Source of the DNA: a virus
Taxonomy: Duplodnaviria; Caudoviricetes
Virus record (IMG/VR): IMGVR_UViG_3300032233_001141
Coordinates: 4,634 to 68,633 of that record
DNA: 64,000 nt
Direction: 5' to 3' (one strand)
Below the pieces are notes generated by a model. That model was not told the origin of the DNA. It saw only the letters and a list, made by a program, of their open reading frames with translations, and did no database searches. Below, piece after piece: positions 57,933-64,000 of this stretch (position 1 is the first letter of the stretch; every line of letters starts with the position of its first letter). The position numbers and the translations under genes are program-made.

Positions 57933-59726
57933 TTACTCTTGGATGATGGTGAATGTGCTTTTGGCAATATCGACATCTAAAAACATTTCACGGACGGCAA
58001 CGATGTCATTGTATTGAGGTCTCAGTCTTACCTCAATTCTATTATCATCGTAAGTACCTTTGATAATAGTTAAATCAAACATCTGAATTTCTCCAGTAAC
58101 ATAATTAATTTTTCCTAGATTCGAATTGAGAACGATTTTAATACCAGTTTGTGAGTCTAATCTATATAGAACGACTTTGCCATCACGATCTTCAACATAA
58201 CATGTGTAGTTTGGATATTCTTGAACTACAAATCCAGTGCTTGATAAAGCAAGCTGGTCGTTGTCATAATCAAATGGGTTATTGAAACAAAGTTCATAGT
58301 ATGCTGTATTATTTAACGAAGGATAAAAATCCTTTCTCATGGTAACTTGAGTTAGGTTAGATCTAACTGATTTATCGGTGCTATCGATAGCACTTACTAA
58401 TCTACTATATCTAAATTTACCACCAAATTTTTCAGTATCAGAATTTTTGATATAACTTTCAATATTTTTAATAACAGCAGATCTTATGGCATCTGGTGTT
58501 TTGTTTGTAAGGGATGATTGTAGGTAAATCTTACTGATTAGTTCGATATACAAAATTGAAGGATCAATAATTTCTGGAGTTACTGAACCAACAGAAAACT
58601 TTTTAATTTCAGTTTCAATTTTTCTCTTGGTGTAACTAGTCAAGTAAGCAGCATTAGATGGTTTGATTACAACCTTAACCTTTCCATATTCTGGTGGGAT
58701 TGCTTCCTCTCCACCATATGAATAGATATCAGCAATAGAAGGGTAGATTCTTCTGCAAATTGCTTCATAGTCTTCAGCAGTTACTGCTCTATTCTGTGTA
58801 CCGAATAGTGCTGGAGCATTTCGCTTGATCGAATCAATACTCTCAATTGAAGCACCACCATAGGAAGGTGAATTTACCGAAACTGTTACGCCAGTAATTC
58901 CAAAGGGAGAACCATTCTCGTCTTCAATTACACCGTTGAATGTGAACACTTTGGCAGAATTAGTTAATTCGCCAGCAGTTACAACATAACTTACTTCAAC
59001 ATATTGACCTGGAGTTAAATTCTTACCTAAAACACCATCACCAAAACTCACTTTATAGTTTTCGTCTTCTACTTCAGTGACAAAGAAAACTTGTGATTGT
59101 GGATTTACTGTTAAAATATTCTCAGATAACTTGTAGATCTCAAAAGTAGATGAAGATGCACTATCATAAACGTTTACTCGGATGCTTGAAACATCGATCC
59201 CTACGTTGTCTAGGATGACCTCTGGGGCATTGCTACCTACAGTTACATAGGTTTTGATCAACGTGCCTTCATAAATTTTTAAACTCTCGAAAACAGCACT
59301 GCCACTATTGACTGCTGCCTTGTAATCATCCTGTAGAATATACTGATACAGTGTGTTATCAATTGTTGTGATGAATCCAGTGCCCCTTCTAAACACTAAG
59401 GCATTGATATCACCAACTGCCGAAATATTTACAGAGCAATTGACATCAGCTTCAGGTGCTGTTGCTGATGCTGGAGTGTAACCTAATTGCTTGGCAATAG
59501 AAACTACATTGTCTCTGAGCGTTGCCGAATCCAAGAACATCTCATTCGCAACCATATTGGTATTGAATGAAGTGTAATAAGTATTATACGCAAGTAGATC
59601 TAGTAAATTACTTAATACAGATCCCTCAAAATCATAATCAGTAAAATCCGAGTTCGCACGTAAGTAATCACGCAACGAATTTCGTATCTCGAAATAATCT
59701 AGATTTGTAAGTTGATTATAAGGCAT
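57933..59726 (-). CDS. gp6: Baseplate wedge subunit
   Basis: LDYFEIRNSLRDYL...FTDYDFEGS, FLDSATLRDNVVSIAKQLGYTP and QNRAVTAEDY. Confidence 0.95.
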   Translation of the reverse strand: MPYNQLTNLDYFEIRNSLRDYLRANSDFTDYDFEGSVLSNLLDLLAYNTYYTSFNTNMVANEMFLDSATLRDNVVSIAKQLGYTPASATAPEADVNCSVNISAVGDINALVFRRGTGFITTIDNTLYQYILQDDYKAAVNSGSAVFESLKIYEGTLIKTYVTVGSNAPEVILDNVGIDVSSIRVNVYDSASSSTFEIYKLSENILTVNPQSQVFFVTEVEDENYKVSFGDGVLGKNLTPGQYVEVSYVVTAGELTNSAKVFTFNGVIEDENGSPFGITGVTVSVNSPSYGGASIESIDSIKRNAPALFGTQNRAVTAEDYEAICRRIYPSIADIYSYGGEEAIPPEYGKVKVVIKPSNAAYLTSYTKRKIETEIKKFSVGSVTPEIIDPSILYIELISKIYLQSSLTNKTPDAIRSAVIKNIESYIKNSDTEKFGGKFRYSRLVSAIDSTDKSVRSNLTQVTMRKDFYPSLNNTAYYELCFNNPFDYDNDQLALSSTGFVVQEYPNYTCYVEDRDGKVVLYRLDSQTGIKIVLNSNLGKINYVTGEIQMFDLTIIKGTYDDNRIEVRLRPQYNDIVAVREMFLDVDIAKSTFTIIQE

Positions 59727-59727
59727 C

Positions 59728-60123
59728 TTATGCTACCGTTCTTTCTAGGAAAAATTCCAAATTCTGTACATTTTCTGGTTGACCAATGATTGTATACTCA
59801 ATAATTACATCAAAACCATTGTTATCATAATCAAGTTCGACCTCTACTTCCTTTAAAACTACTCTTGGTTCAAACGCATTAATCGTATAACGTATTTCAT
59901 CACGAATAATACCAGCAGTAATAAAATCTAATGGTTCAAAAAGAAGCCCAGAGACCTTACAACCAATATTTGGGTTGAAAAATCGCTCTCCAGGCTTAGT
60001 AAGTATTAAATTTGTAACTGCCCTTTTGATCGCAGCATCATTTTTTGTTACTAATAGGTCATCAGTAACAGGGTTTTTATCAAAGGTTATGCTGAGATCC
60101 TTAAAGGATTTACTGGTGGGCAT
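59728..60123 (-). CDS. gp25: Baseplate wedge subunit
   Basis: FKDLSITF, AIKRAVTNLILTKPGERFFNPNIG and FEPRV; late promoters at 60134-60141 and 60146-60153. Confidence 0.93.
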   Translation of the reverse strand: MPTSKSFKDLSITFDKNPVTDDLLVTKNDAAIKRAVTNLILTKPGERFFNPNIGCKVSGLLFEPLDFITAGIIRDEIRYTINAFEPRVVLKEVEVELDYDNNGFDVIIEYTIIGQPENVQNLEFFLERTVA

Positions 60124-60170
60124 AAATTTGGTCTATTTATAAACTTATTTATGCTCCATCTGTCGGAGAT

Positions 60171-60371
60171 TTACACCATCCACTCAACATAATCATCAAA
60201 ACCATCCTTGCCACCACAGAATTTTGATAGTCTATCGCTTGGCGGATCATTTTTCTTTCCCTTTGTCGGAGTCACGCGCTTTTCGGAACCATAATCGGTA
60301 ATTAATCGAGTGGTGCCCCAGTTTTCGCGCATATAATCTACGTCTCTGTCTGGATTTGGGTGAGTTGCCAT
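60171..60371 (-). CDS. Hypothetical protein
   Basis: 66 aa with a GAGGA RBS; WGTTRLITDYG motif. Confidence 0.75.
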   Translation of the reverse strand: MATHPNPDRDVDYMRENWGTTRLITDYGSEKRVTPTKGKKNDPPSDRLSKFCGGKDGFDDYVEWMV

Positions 60372-60436
60372 CTGTTTTTCCTCAAAATTTGATTGAAACA
60401 GAACTTTTTACGGGGTTGCTATCCCGAAAAATCACA

Positions 60437-60457
60437 AAAAAAGCGGCTAATGCCGCC
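60437..60457 (-). terminator. Rho-independent terminator
   Basis: Minus strand GCGGC-ATTA-GCCGC followed by TTTTTTT, just after the stop at 60466. Confidence 0.8.
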
Positions 60458-60465
60458 ATTTTTAT

Positions 60466-60609
60466 TTAATTTCCTTGACCACGATAGCGTTTCTTGCGAC
60501 CATTTCGACTGGTTGCGGCAAGATTCGTGTTTTTTGAACGTCCTTGGGCGCTCATCTTAGGTTTACCAGGAATATAACCTGTCTTGTTGAAACTCGGTGC
60601 CTTTGCCAT
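60466..60609 (-). CDS. Small highly basic protein (47 aa, absent from the ORF track)
   Basis: Manual translation MAKAPSFNKTGYIPGKPKMSAQGRSKNTNLAATSRNGRKKRYRGQGN; AGAGG RBS upstream and a terminator downstream. Confidence 0.8.
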   Translation of the reverse strand: MAKAPSFNKTGYIPGKPKMSAQGRSKNTNLAATSRNGRKKRYRGQGN

Positions 60610-60633
60610 AGAATTTTTCCTCTAACTCTTCAT

Positions 60634-60644
60634 ATTATACCACA
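60634..60644 (-). promoter_or_regulatory. Sigma70-type extended -10 promoter (TGTGGTATAAT)
   Basis: TGnTATAAT 24 nt upstream of the ATG at 60609. Confidence 0.7.
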
Positions 60645-60645
60645 T

Positions 60646-61059
60646 TTACACGCCGTTGGCAACGTTGATGGTCGGATATTTGAACGGTCCTGGTATTGGT
60701 CGATCAGTGCCGAGACCTTTCGTAACATCGCCCTGGACCGCAAACAAAATACCATTCAAATAAACTGATCTATTCTTAGTACAAACCAACACTCTTTTCA
60801 ATGGATCTGTTAATGGCGTGGTACATGGTCCAGGAGGTGTGTCAGTTGGTCCTGGAACTGGCGTTCGCATACATTCAACATCAGAACATTTTGAACTGTT
60901 TTTATAAAACTTCACAGGTTCTGCGTTTGGTTTATTACCTTGTTCGAAAAATACTTTCTTGGCAGTAATAACCTCGCCCTCCAGTGGCGCAGCAGGATAA
61001 ATGCAACAAAGATTGGTTGATGCAGAATCCTGTGCGTCCTCACCAATTAGAAATGCCAT
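60646..61059 (-). CDS. PAAR-like / spike-tip candidate
   Basis: 137 aa, Cys- and Pro-rich; SVYLNGILFAVQGD resembles the PAAR segment V.ING...A..GD; located upstream of gp25. Confidence 0.5.
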   Translation of the reverse strand: MAFLIGEDAQDSASTNLCCIYPAAPLEGEVITAKKVFFEQGNKPNAEPVKFYKNSSKCSDVECMRTPVPGPTDTPPGPCTTPLTDPLKRVLVCTKNRSVYLNGILFAVQGDVTKGLGTDRPIPGPFKYPTINVANGV

Positions 61060-61253
61060 TAATCCTCTAAAACCATCTCTAAAATATTTAGACGACCATA
61101 GACATCATCTAATACTTCATTGATCTTTTTATAATCTTCCCCTGGTGGTCGATAATACAACACAAAAGGATCTGGAATGCCACCCACACGCTCCTCTAAG
61201 GCACTTAAACGTCTATCAATGTCATTTACTACATCAATTAATCTATTTTCCAA
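61059..61253 (-). CDS. Small coiled-coil hypothetical protein
   Basis: 3' part of ORF 61059..61343; start uncertain (TTG at 61253 avoids a long overlap with the upstream gene). Confidence 0.6.
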   Translation of the reverse strand: MENRLIDVVNDIDRRLSALEERVGGIPDPFVLYYRPPGEDYKKINEVLDDVYGRLNILEMVLED

Positions 61254-61551
61254 ATCCTTTTGGTTTTGGTTTTCCTGGCAGTTCTCCAACATTAATGTCA
61301 AACTCGTTCGGAATTTCACTTGCTGTCTCACGGGTCTCTCCAAATGTTGCTACATCACTATAAACTAAATTTCCAGTGTCATCATACGACGAAATTTTTA
61401 ATTGGTCCCCTTCGTCATATCCACCATTATACCACTTGTCAGCTACCTCTAACATATGATCAGCTAACTTGTCATAATCATTGAATCTTTCATCCTGTAT
61501 TACATTACCGTTCTTGTCGATAATTGTATAACTTACATCAGTCTTCGTCAT
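61243..61551 (-). CDS. Acidic hypothetical protein
   Basis: Likely start MTKTDV overlapping the upstream stop; ends PKPKGFGK. Confidence 0.65.
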   Translation of the reverse strand: MTKTDVSYTIIDKNGNVIQDERFNDYDKLADHMLEVADKWYNGGYDEGDQLKISSYDDTGNLVYSDVATFGETRETASEIPNEFDINVGELPGKPKPKGFGK

Positions 61552-61747
61552 TTTCAGTTTCTCCATAAAATTCGGGATCTACACGCTCAAGTAATGCCGT
61601 GCCATCTTTGTTCATTCTCCATTCTACCACATCACTCTCGTCCCATCCGAGATTAGTGAGTAACTCTTCTGGAATCGTAATACTATATTCATCGAAGTCT
61701 TCGTTGTACTCTACAGTACTCTCATATGCTTTGCTCATATTGATCAA
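61538..61747 (-). CDS. AbrB/MazE/SpoVT-like DNA-binding protein
   Basis: YSITIPEELLTNLGWDESDVVEWRMNKDGTALLE fits the swapped-hairpin pattern (ITIP..L...LGW..GD.V). Confidence 0.7.
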   Translation of the reverse strand: MINMSKAYESTVEYNEDFDEYSITIPEELLTNLGWDESDVVEWRMNKDGTALLERVDPEFYGETENDED

Positions 61748-61765
61748 ATAAATCTCATTTATATA

Positions 61766-61948
61766 TCAAGTTTTTGTAAGTATTTTTCCCGAAGGTAACC
61801 ACTTTGCACACTTATGAATTGCTACAGTAAAACTATAAAAATCATCGAATTGAAGATTTACCTGTCTTCCATTCGTGCTGAAAGCATGAATCACCATGGC
61901 ACCCTGGTCTACTATCACGTAACTTACATTCTCCACAGCATTCTCCAA
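61766..61948 (-). CDS. Hypothetical protein (start uncertain)
   Basis: 60-aa ORF; the 5' end overlaps the 39-aa ORF, so the true start may be a downstream GTG or ATG. Confidence 0.45.
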   Translation of the reverse strand: MENAVENVSYVIVDQGAMVIHAFSTNGRQVNLQFDDFYSFTVAIHKCAKWLPSGKILTKT

Positions 61949-62043
61949 AGCTCTCTCAATACTATGTAGATATATCCGAACTCTTCCCTTTTGGTCGTTC
62001 GAGTTGATAGAGTTGGTTGAGTTGATTGAGGTTTTTGAGTCAT
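61924..62043 (-). CDS. 39-aa hypothetical protein (absent from the ORF track)
   Basis: Manual translation MTQKPQSTQPTLSTRTTKREEFGYIYIVLRELWRMLWRM; fills otherwise empty space and ends in an amphipathic helix. Confidence 0.5.
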   Translation of the reverse strand: MTQKPQSTQPTLSTRTTKREEFGYIYIVLRELWRMLWRM

Positions 62044-62202
62044 TTTTATTTGGGAAAAATTTTTTTTATAAACGTGTAAACACTCTCGCGTTTTCAAAGT
62101 TTTGTAGGTTAATAGTATCTATCGATTTTCGCTCGGCCGCGCCGCTATAACGGTATCGTTATAAAATAACTGTCGGCACTGCCCCTGTGCTAGGATGGCG
62201 GG

Positions 62203-62409
62203 TCACCCCGCCGCCAGCGCCTGCTCTAGTCTCTGCTCTAGTTGCTTGATGATCGTTCGCCCCAATCGTTCGCTTTTATTATGGTGGGGGATCGTGCCCC
62301 ATGCGATGGTAGGGTTGACGGGATGTTCCCATCGTTGGTGCTTACTCATTCGAACGCAGCGGTAACCCATGGCAGCAGCGGCACGGGTGATCTCCTTGGT
62401 GGTTCGCAT
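62203..62409 (-). CDS. HicA-like (dsRBD-fold) toxin/mRNase candidate
   Basis: MRTTKEITRAAAAMGYRCVRMSKHQRWEHP...TIPHHNKSERLGRTIIKQ parallels HicA (L...G....R..GSH....HP...TVP.H...L..GT...I); the GSH motif is replaced by SKH. Confidence 0.55.
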   Translation of the reverse strand: MRTTKEITRAAAAMGYRCVRMSKHQRWEHPVNPTIAWGTIPHHNKSERLGRTIIKQLEQRLEQALAAG

Positions 62410-62444
62410 CAGAGGGTAGGGGTATGGTGTGCTAGGATGGTGGG

Positions 62445-62648
62445 TCAGTTGAAGCAATGGCGGTTGACCCAGACGCCCACGCTAAGGGGGGGCATCAGCA
62501 CAGCGGCAAGGATGGCACGGCGGGAGACGCCACCGAATCGGTACACGGTCGCCCCGCTGGTGAAGGTCACCCGAACGCTGCCCGTGATGGGGTTGGCAGT
62601 CAGGCGGGTGATGGCGCTGCTGTGCTCGGTGTCGATGGGGAGTTGCAT
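62445..62648 (-). CDS. KTSC-like domain protein
   Basis: SSAITRLTANPITGSVRVTFTSGATVYRFGGV...LSVGVWVN parallels KTSC (SS.I....YD....L.V.F.SG..Y.Y..V.....S.G.Y.N). Confidence 0.6.
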   Translation of the reverse strand: MQLPIDTEHSSAITRLTANPITGSVRVTFTSGATVYRFGGVSRRAILAAVLMPPLSVGVWVNRHCFN

Positions 62649-62673
62649 GGTTTCGTGGTTGGTTGACTTGTTA

Positions 62674-62733
62674 ATTGTAGACGGTGAGGGGGGGTGGGGG
62701 TGCCCCCCCTGTGCCACTCTACAGATCGGACAT
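62674..62733 (-). promoter_or_regulatory. Early promoter repeat P5
   Basis: ATGTCCG-N10-TGGCACA, 30-nt spacer, then TACAAT. Confidence 0.7.
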
Positions 62734-62943
62734 CATGGCGCAGATCTCCAGTCCGTCGATGGCAGGATCATCCCAGCGGCACCCGTCGGGGGTCTCTTTA
62801 GAACCACACTCCCAGAGCAGCGCCACCAGCTCTTGGTAGTTGCCACAGCGGCGGGCAGCATCGTAGAGCCCCTCATCGTTGCCAATCCACAGGGCGACAT
62901 TCCAGGTCTCCCAGTTTGCCCATCCGTTGAATCCGTTGCTCAT
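62719..62943 (-). CDS. Early hypothetical protein (NGWANWETWNVALWI type)
   Basis: 74 aa; motif recalled from small phage early proteins; preceded by promoter P4. Confidence 0.8.
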   Translation of the reverse strand: MSNGFNGWANWETWNVALWIGNDEGLYDAARRCGNYQELVALLWECGSKETPDGCRWDDPAIDGLEICAMMSDL

Positions 62944-62970
62944 GGTCTCTCTCGTTTGGTTGATGTGATT

Positions 62971-63030
62971 AGTCTACAGGGTCAGGGGTCACCAGCGACC
63001 ATCCCATGTGGCAGTCTGCCAACCGTCACG
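62971..63030 (-). promoter_or_regulatory. Early promoter repeat P4
   Basis: CGTGACG-N10-TGCCACA, 30-nt spacer, then TAGACT. Confidence 0.75.
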
Positions 63031-63141
63031 CTCCATACGGCGGCGGTCGATCTGCTCATCATCGAAGCGATCATCGAAATCCATATCGAAGATCTCGCCT
63101 GGCATGTCTTGAATCTCGGTGAACAGGGTGTCGAATTCCAT
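62989..63141 (-). CDS. 50-aa acidic early protein (absent from the ORF track)
   Basis: Manual translation MEFDTLFTEIQDMPGEIFDMDFDDRFDDEQIDRRRMERDGWQTATWDGRW; preceded by promoter P3. Confidence 0.75.
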   Translation of the reverse strand: MEFDTLFTEIQDMPGEIFDMDFDDRFDDEQIDRRRMERDGWQTATWDGRW

Positions 63142-63168
63142 GGGTTGGGTTGTTTGGTTGACTCTGTT

Positions 63169-63228
63169 AGTCTAGACGGTGCTCAGTTGCACCAGGCGGC
63201 GAGTTGTGCCAGTTCGCCAGCCGTCTCC
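63169..63228 (-). promoter_or_regulatory. Early promoter repeat P3
   Basis: GGAGACG-N10-TGGCACA, 30-nt spacer, then TAGACT. Confidence 0.75.
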
Positions 63229-63380
63229 TGCAGGTTGGATTCGGTCAGACCAGCGAGGCAGGATTCCAGGTCGTCAGGATCCACAGCGTCGATGTCGCCA
63301 TTGATCTCCCATGCCTGTGCCTCAGCGAGGGCGAGGCAGCGGTCACGAAGGGAGAGGGTGAAGGTCGTTTCGTTTTTCAT
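63183..63380 (-). CDS. 65-aa acidic early protein
   Basis: ATG lies 6 nt after the -10 hexamer of P2. Confidence 0.75.
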   Translation of the reverse strand: MKNETTFTLSLRDRCLALAEAQAWEINGDIDAVDPDDLESCLAGLTESNLQETAGELAQLAAWCN

Positions 63381-63386
63381 GCTGTT

Positions 63387-63446
63387 AGTCTAGACGGTCA
63401 GTTGGCATCGAGGGCGGCGATCTGTGCCACCTTCTCTGCTGTCACA
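63387..63446 (-). promoter_or_regulatory. Early promoter repeat P2
   Basis: TGTGACA-N10-TGGCACA (best palindrome), 30-nt spacer, then TAGACT. Confidence 0.8.
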
Positions 63447-63550
63447 CGGTCTAGGGTCTGGGCGAGGGCGAACACCGATCCTAGGGTGTTGGCAAACATC
63501 AGGCAGATGCCAGCGACCAGGGCAAGACGGATGAGGGAAGCGGTGGGCAT
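63398..63550 (-). CDS. 50-aa early protein with an N-terminal hydrophobic helix
   Basis: MPTASLIRLALVAGICLMFANTLGSVFALAQTLDRVTAEKVAQIAALDAN; start overlaps the end of the upstream gene region. Confidence 0.65.
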   Translation of the reverse strand: MPTASLIRLALVAGICLMFANTLGSVFALAQTLDRVTAEKVAQIAALDAN

Positions 63551-63552
63551 GA

Positions 63553-63714
63553 TCAGCGATCGAACTGGGCGAGGGAGGATGGGGCGATGTGAGAGGGTGA
63601 CCCACAGGAGCGGTAGAAGTCTACCATGCGCTCTGCCTCTGCTAGGGTGGGGAACCACTGCGACCGCCACTCACAAGCATTGTAGGGGGTCTGGTAACGG
63701 ACTTCGATTCTCAT
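63553..63714 (-). CDS. 53-aa early hypothetical protein
   Basis: MRIEVRYQTPYNACEWRSQWFPTLAEAERMVDFYRSCGSP...; preceded by promoter P1. Confidence 0.75.
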   Translation of the reverse strand: MRIEVRYQTPYNACEWRSQWFPTLAEAERMVDFYRSCGSPSHIAPSSLAQFDR

Positions 63715-63735
63715 GGGTTGTTTGCTGATGTGTTT

Positions 63736-63795
63736 AGTATACAGGGTCAGGATGGGGGATCGGGGGCAGCGTGTGCCACCCCCTAGACTGTCCTC
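63736..63795 (-). promoter_or_regulatory. Early promoter repeat P1
   Basis: GAGGACA-N10-TGGCACA, 30-nt spacer, then TATACT. Confidence 0.8.
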
Positions 63796-64000
63796 AGTTA
63801 TCAGAGAAGATCGCCACCTGACGATAACCTTTCTCACAAGCGGTGAAATCGTAGCGAAGGGCGCTATCAAACGTCGCTTGCCAATCAATCACCAAAGCAC
63901 AGGGAACATCGTACAGATCGCTATAATATTGCTCAGCGAAGTCTGCCTCAGATTCGTACCAACCAATGAAGCGAGAATCACAATCTTCGATGTCAGAAAT
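63794..64000 (-). CDS. ardA: ArdA-like antirestriction (DNA-mimic) protein, 3' part
   Basis: Manual translation ISDIEDCDSRFIGWYESEADFAEQYYSDLYDVPCALVIDWQATFDSALRYDF...; resembles the acidic ArdA C-terminal pattern (G.Y....DFA.......P..L..YID......DL). Confidence 0.6.
   Translation of the reverse strand: MSDIEDCDSRFIGWYESEADFAEQYYSDLYDVPCALVIDWQATFDSALRYDFTACEKGYRQVAIFSDN

Noticed and set aside
62001-62030. 9-bp tandem repeat (gagttgata/gagttggtt/gagttgatt)
   Set aside because: It is short and degenerate, and is explained as low-complexity coding (STQ/PTL/STR) in the 39-aa ORF.
62242-63393. 383-aa plus-strand ORF across the early cluster
   Set aside because: It starts at TTG with no RBS and is in codon register with three of the five minus-strand genes it overlaps. 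In GC-rich DNA such antisense frames rarely hit stops. The protein has no recognisable features. It would only be worth revisiting if plus-strand transcription from 62203 is shown.
62674-63795. CRISPR array, or canonical CRP/NtcA sites
   Set aside because: The repeats are degenerate, irregularly spaced and separated by ORFs. The arm spacing does not fit CRP (TGTGA-N6-TCACA) or NtcA (GTA-N8-TAC).
63390-63888. Long ORF-track versions 63553..63888, 63398..63670 and 63390..63605
   Set aside because: The 5' extensions run through promoters and other genes. Downstream ATGs at 63714 and 63550 fit the promoter and coupling pattern, and 63390..63605 is an overlapping alternative frame.
1-64000. tRNA, rRNA or auxiliary metabolic genes
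   Set aside because: No cloverleaf or rRNA-like sequence was seen in the short intergenic gaps, and no psbA, hli, talC or similar translations were found. The cyanophage assignment therefore rests on gene order and recalled protein families only.

Overview
This window is a contiguous piece of a T4-like myovirus, most likely a cyanophage. Every supported gene is on the minus strand. In transcription order (right to left): (1) a GC-rich early region (62.2-64 kb) of tiny ORFs, including ArdA-like, KTSC-like and HicA-like proteins, five of them fronted by a repeated promoter made of a -10 hexamer plus an imperfect 24-bp palindrome whose near edge lies exactly 30 bp upstream; (2) small conserved genes (AbrB-like, PAAR-like) and the baseplate module gp25-gp6-gp7-gp8-VrlC-like, with very large proteins of 3553, 2794 and 1500 aa; (3) a 2972-aa tail fibre/tailspike followed by an array of about a dozen accessory fibre/adhesin genes, including adhesin plus small-partner pairs, a C1q-domain cassette flanked by 67-bp direct repeats, and three tandem glycine-rich paralogs; (4) the neck, terminase, sheath, tube and portal block gp13-14-15-16-(4 unknowns)-17-18-19-20. 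I saw no tRNA, CRISPR array, integrase, intron/intein or metabolic gene. Family assignments rest on recalled motifs and T4-like gene order, not on database searches. The most interesting items are the modular adhesin array with recombination-prone repeats and the palindromic early-promoter system embedded in the coding 3' ends of upstream genes, with two possible antisense promoters.
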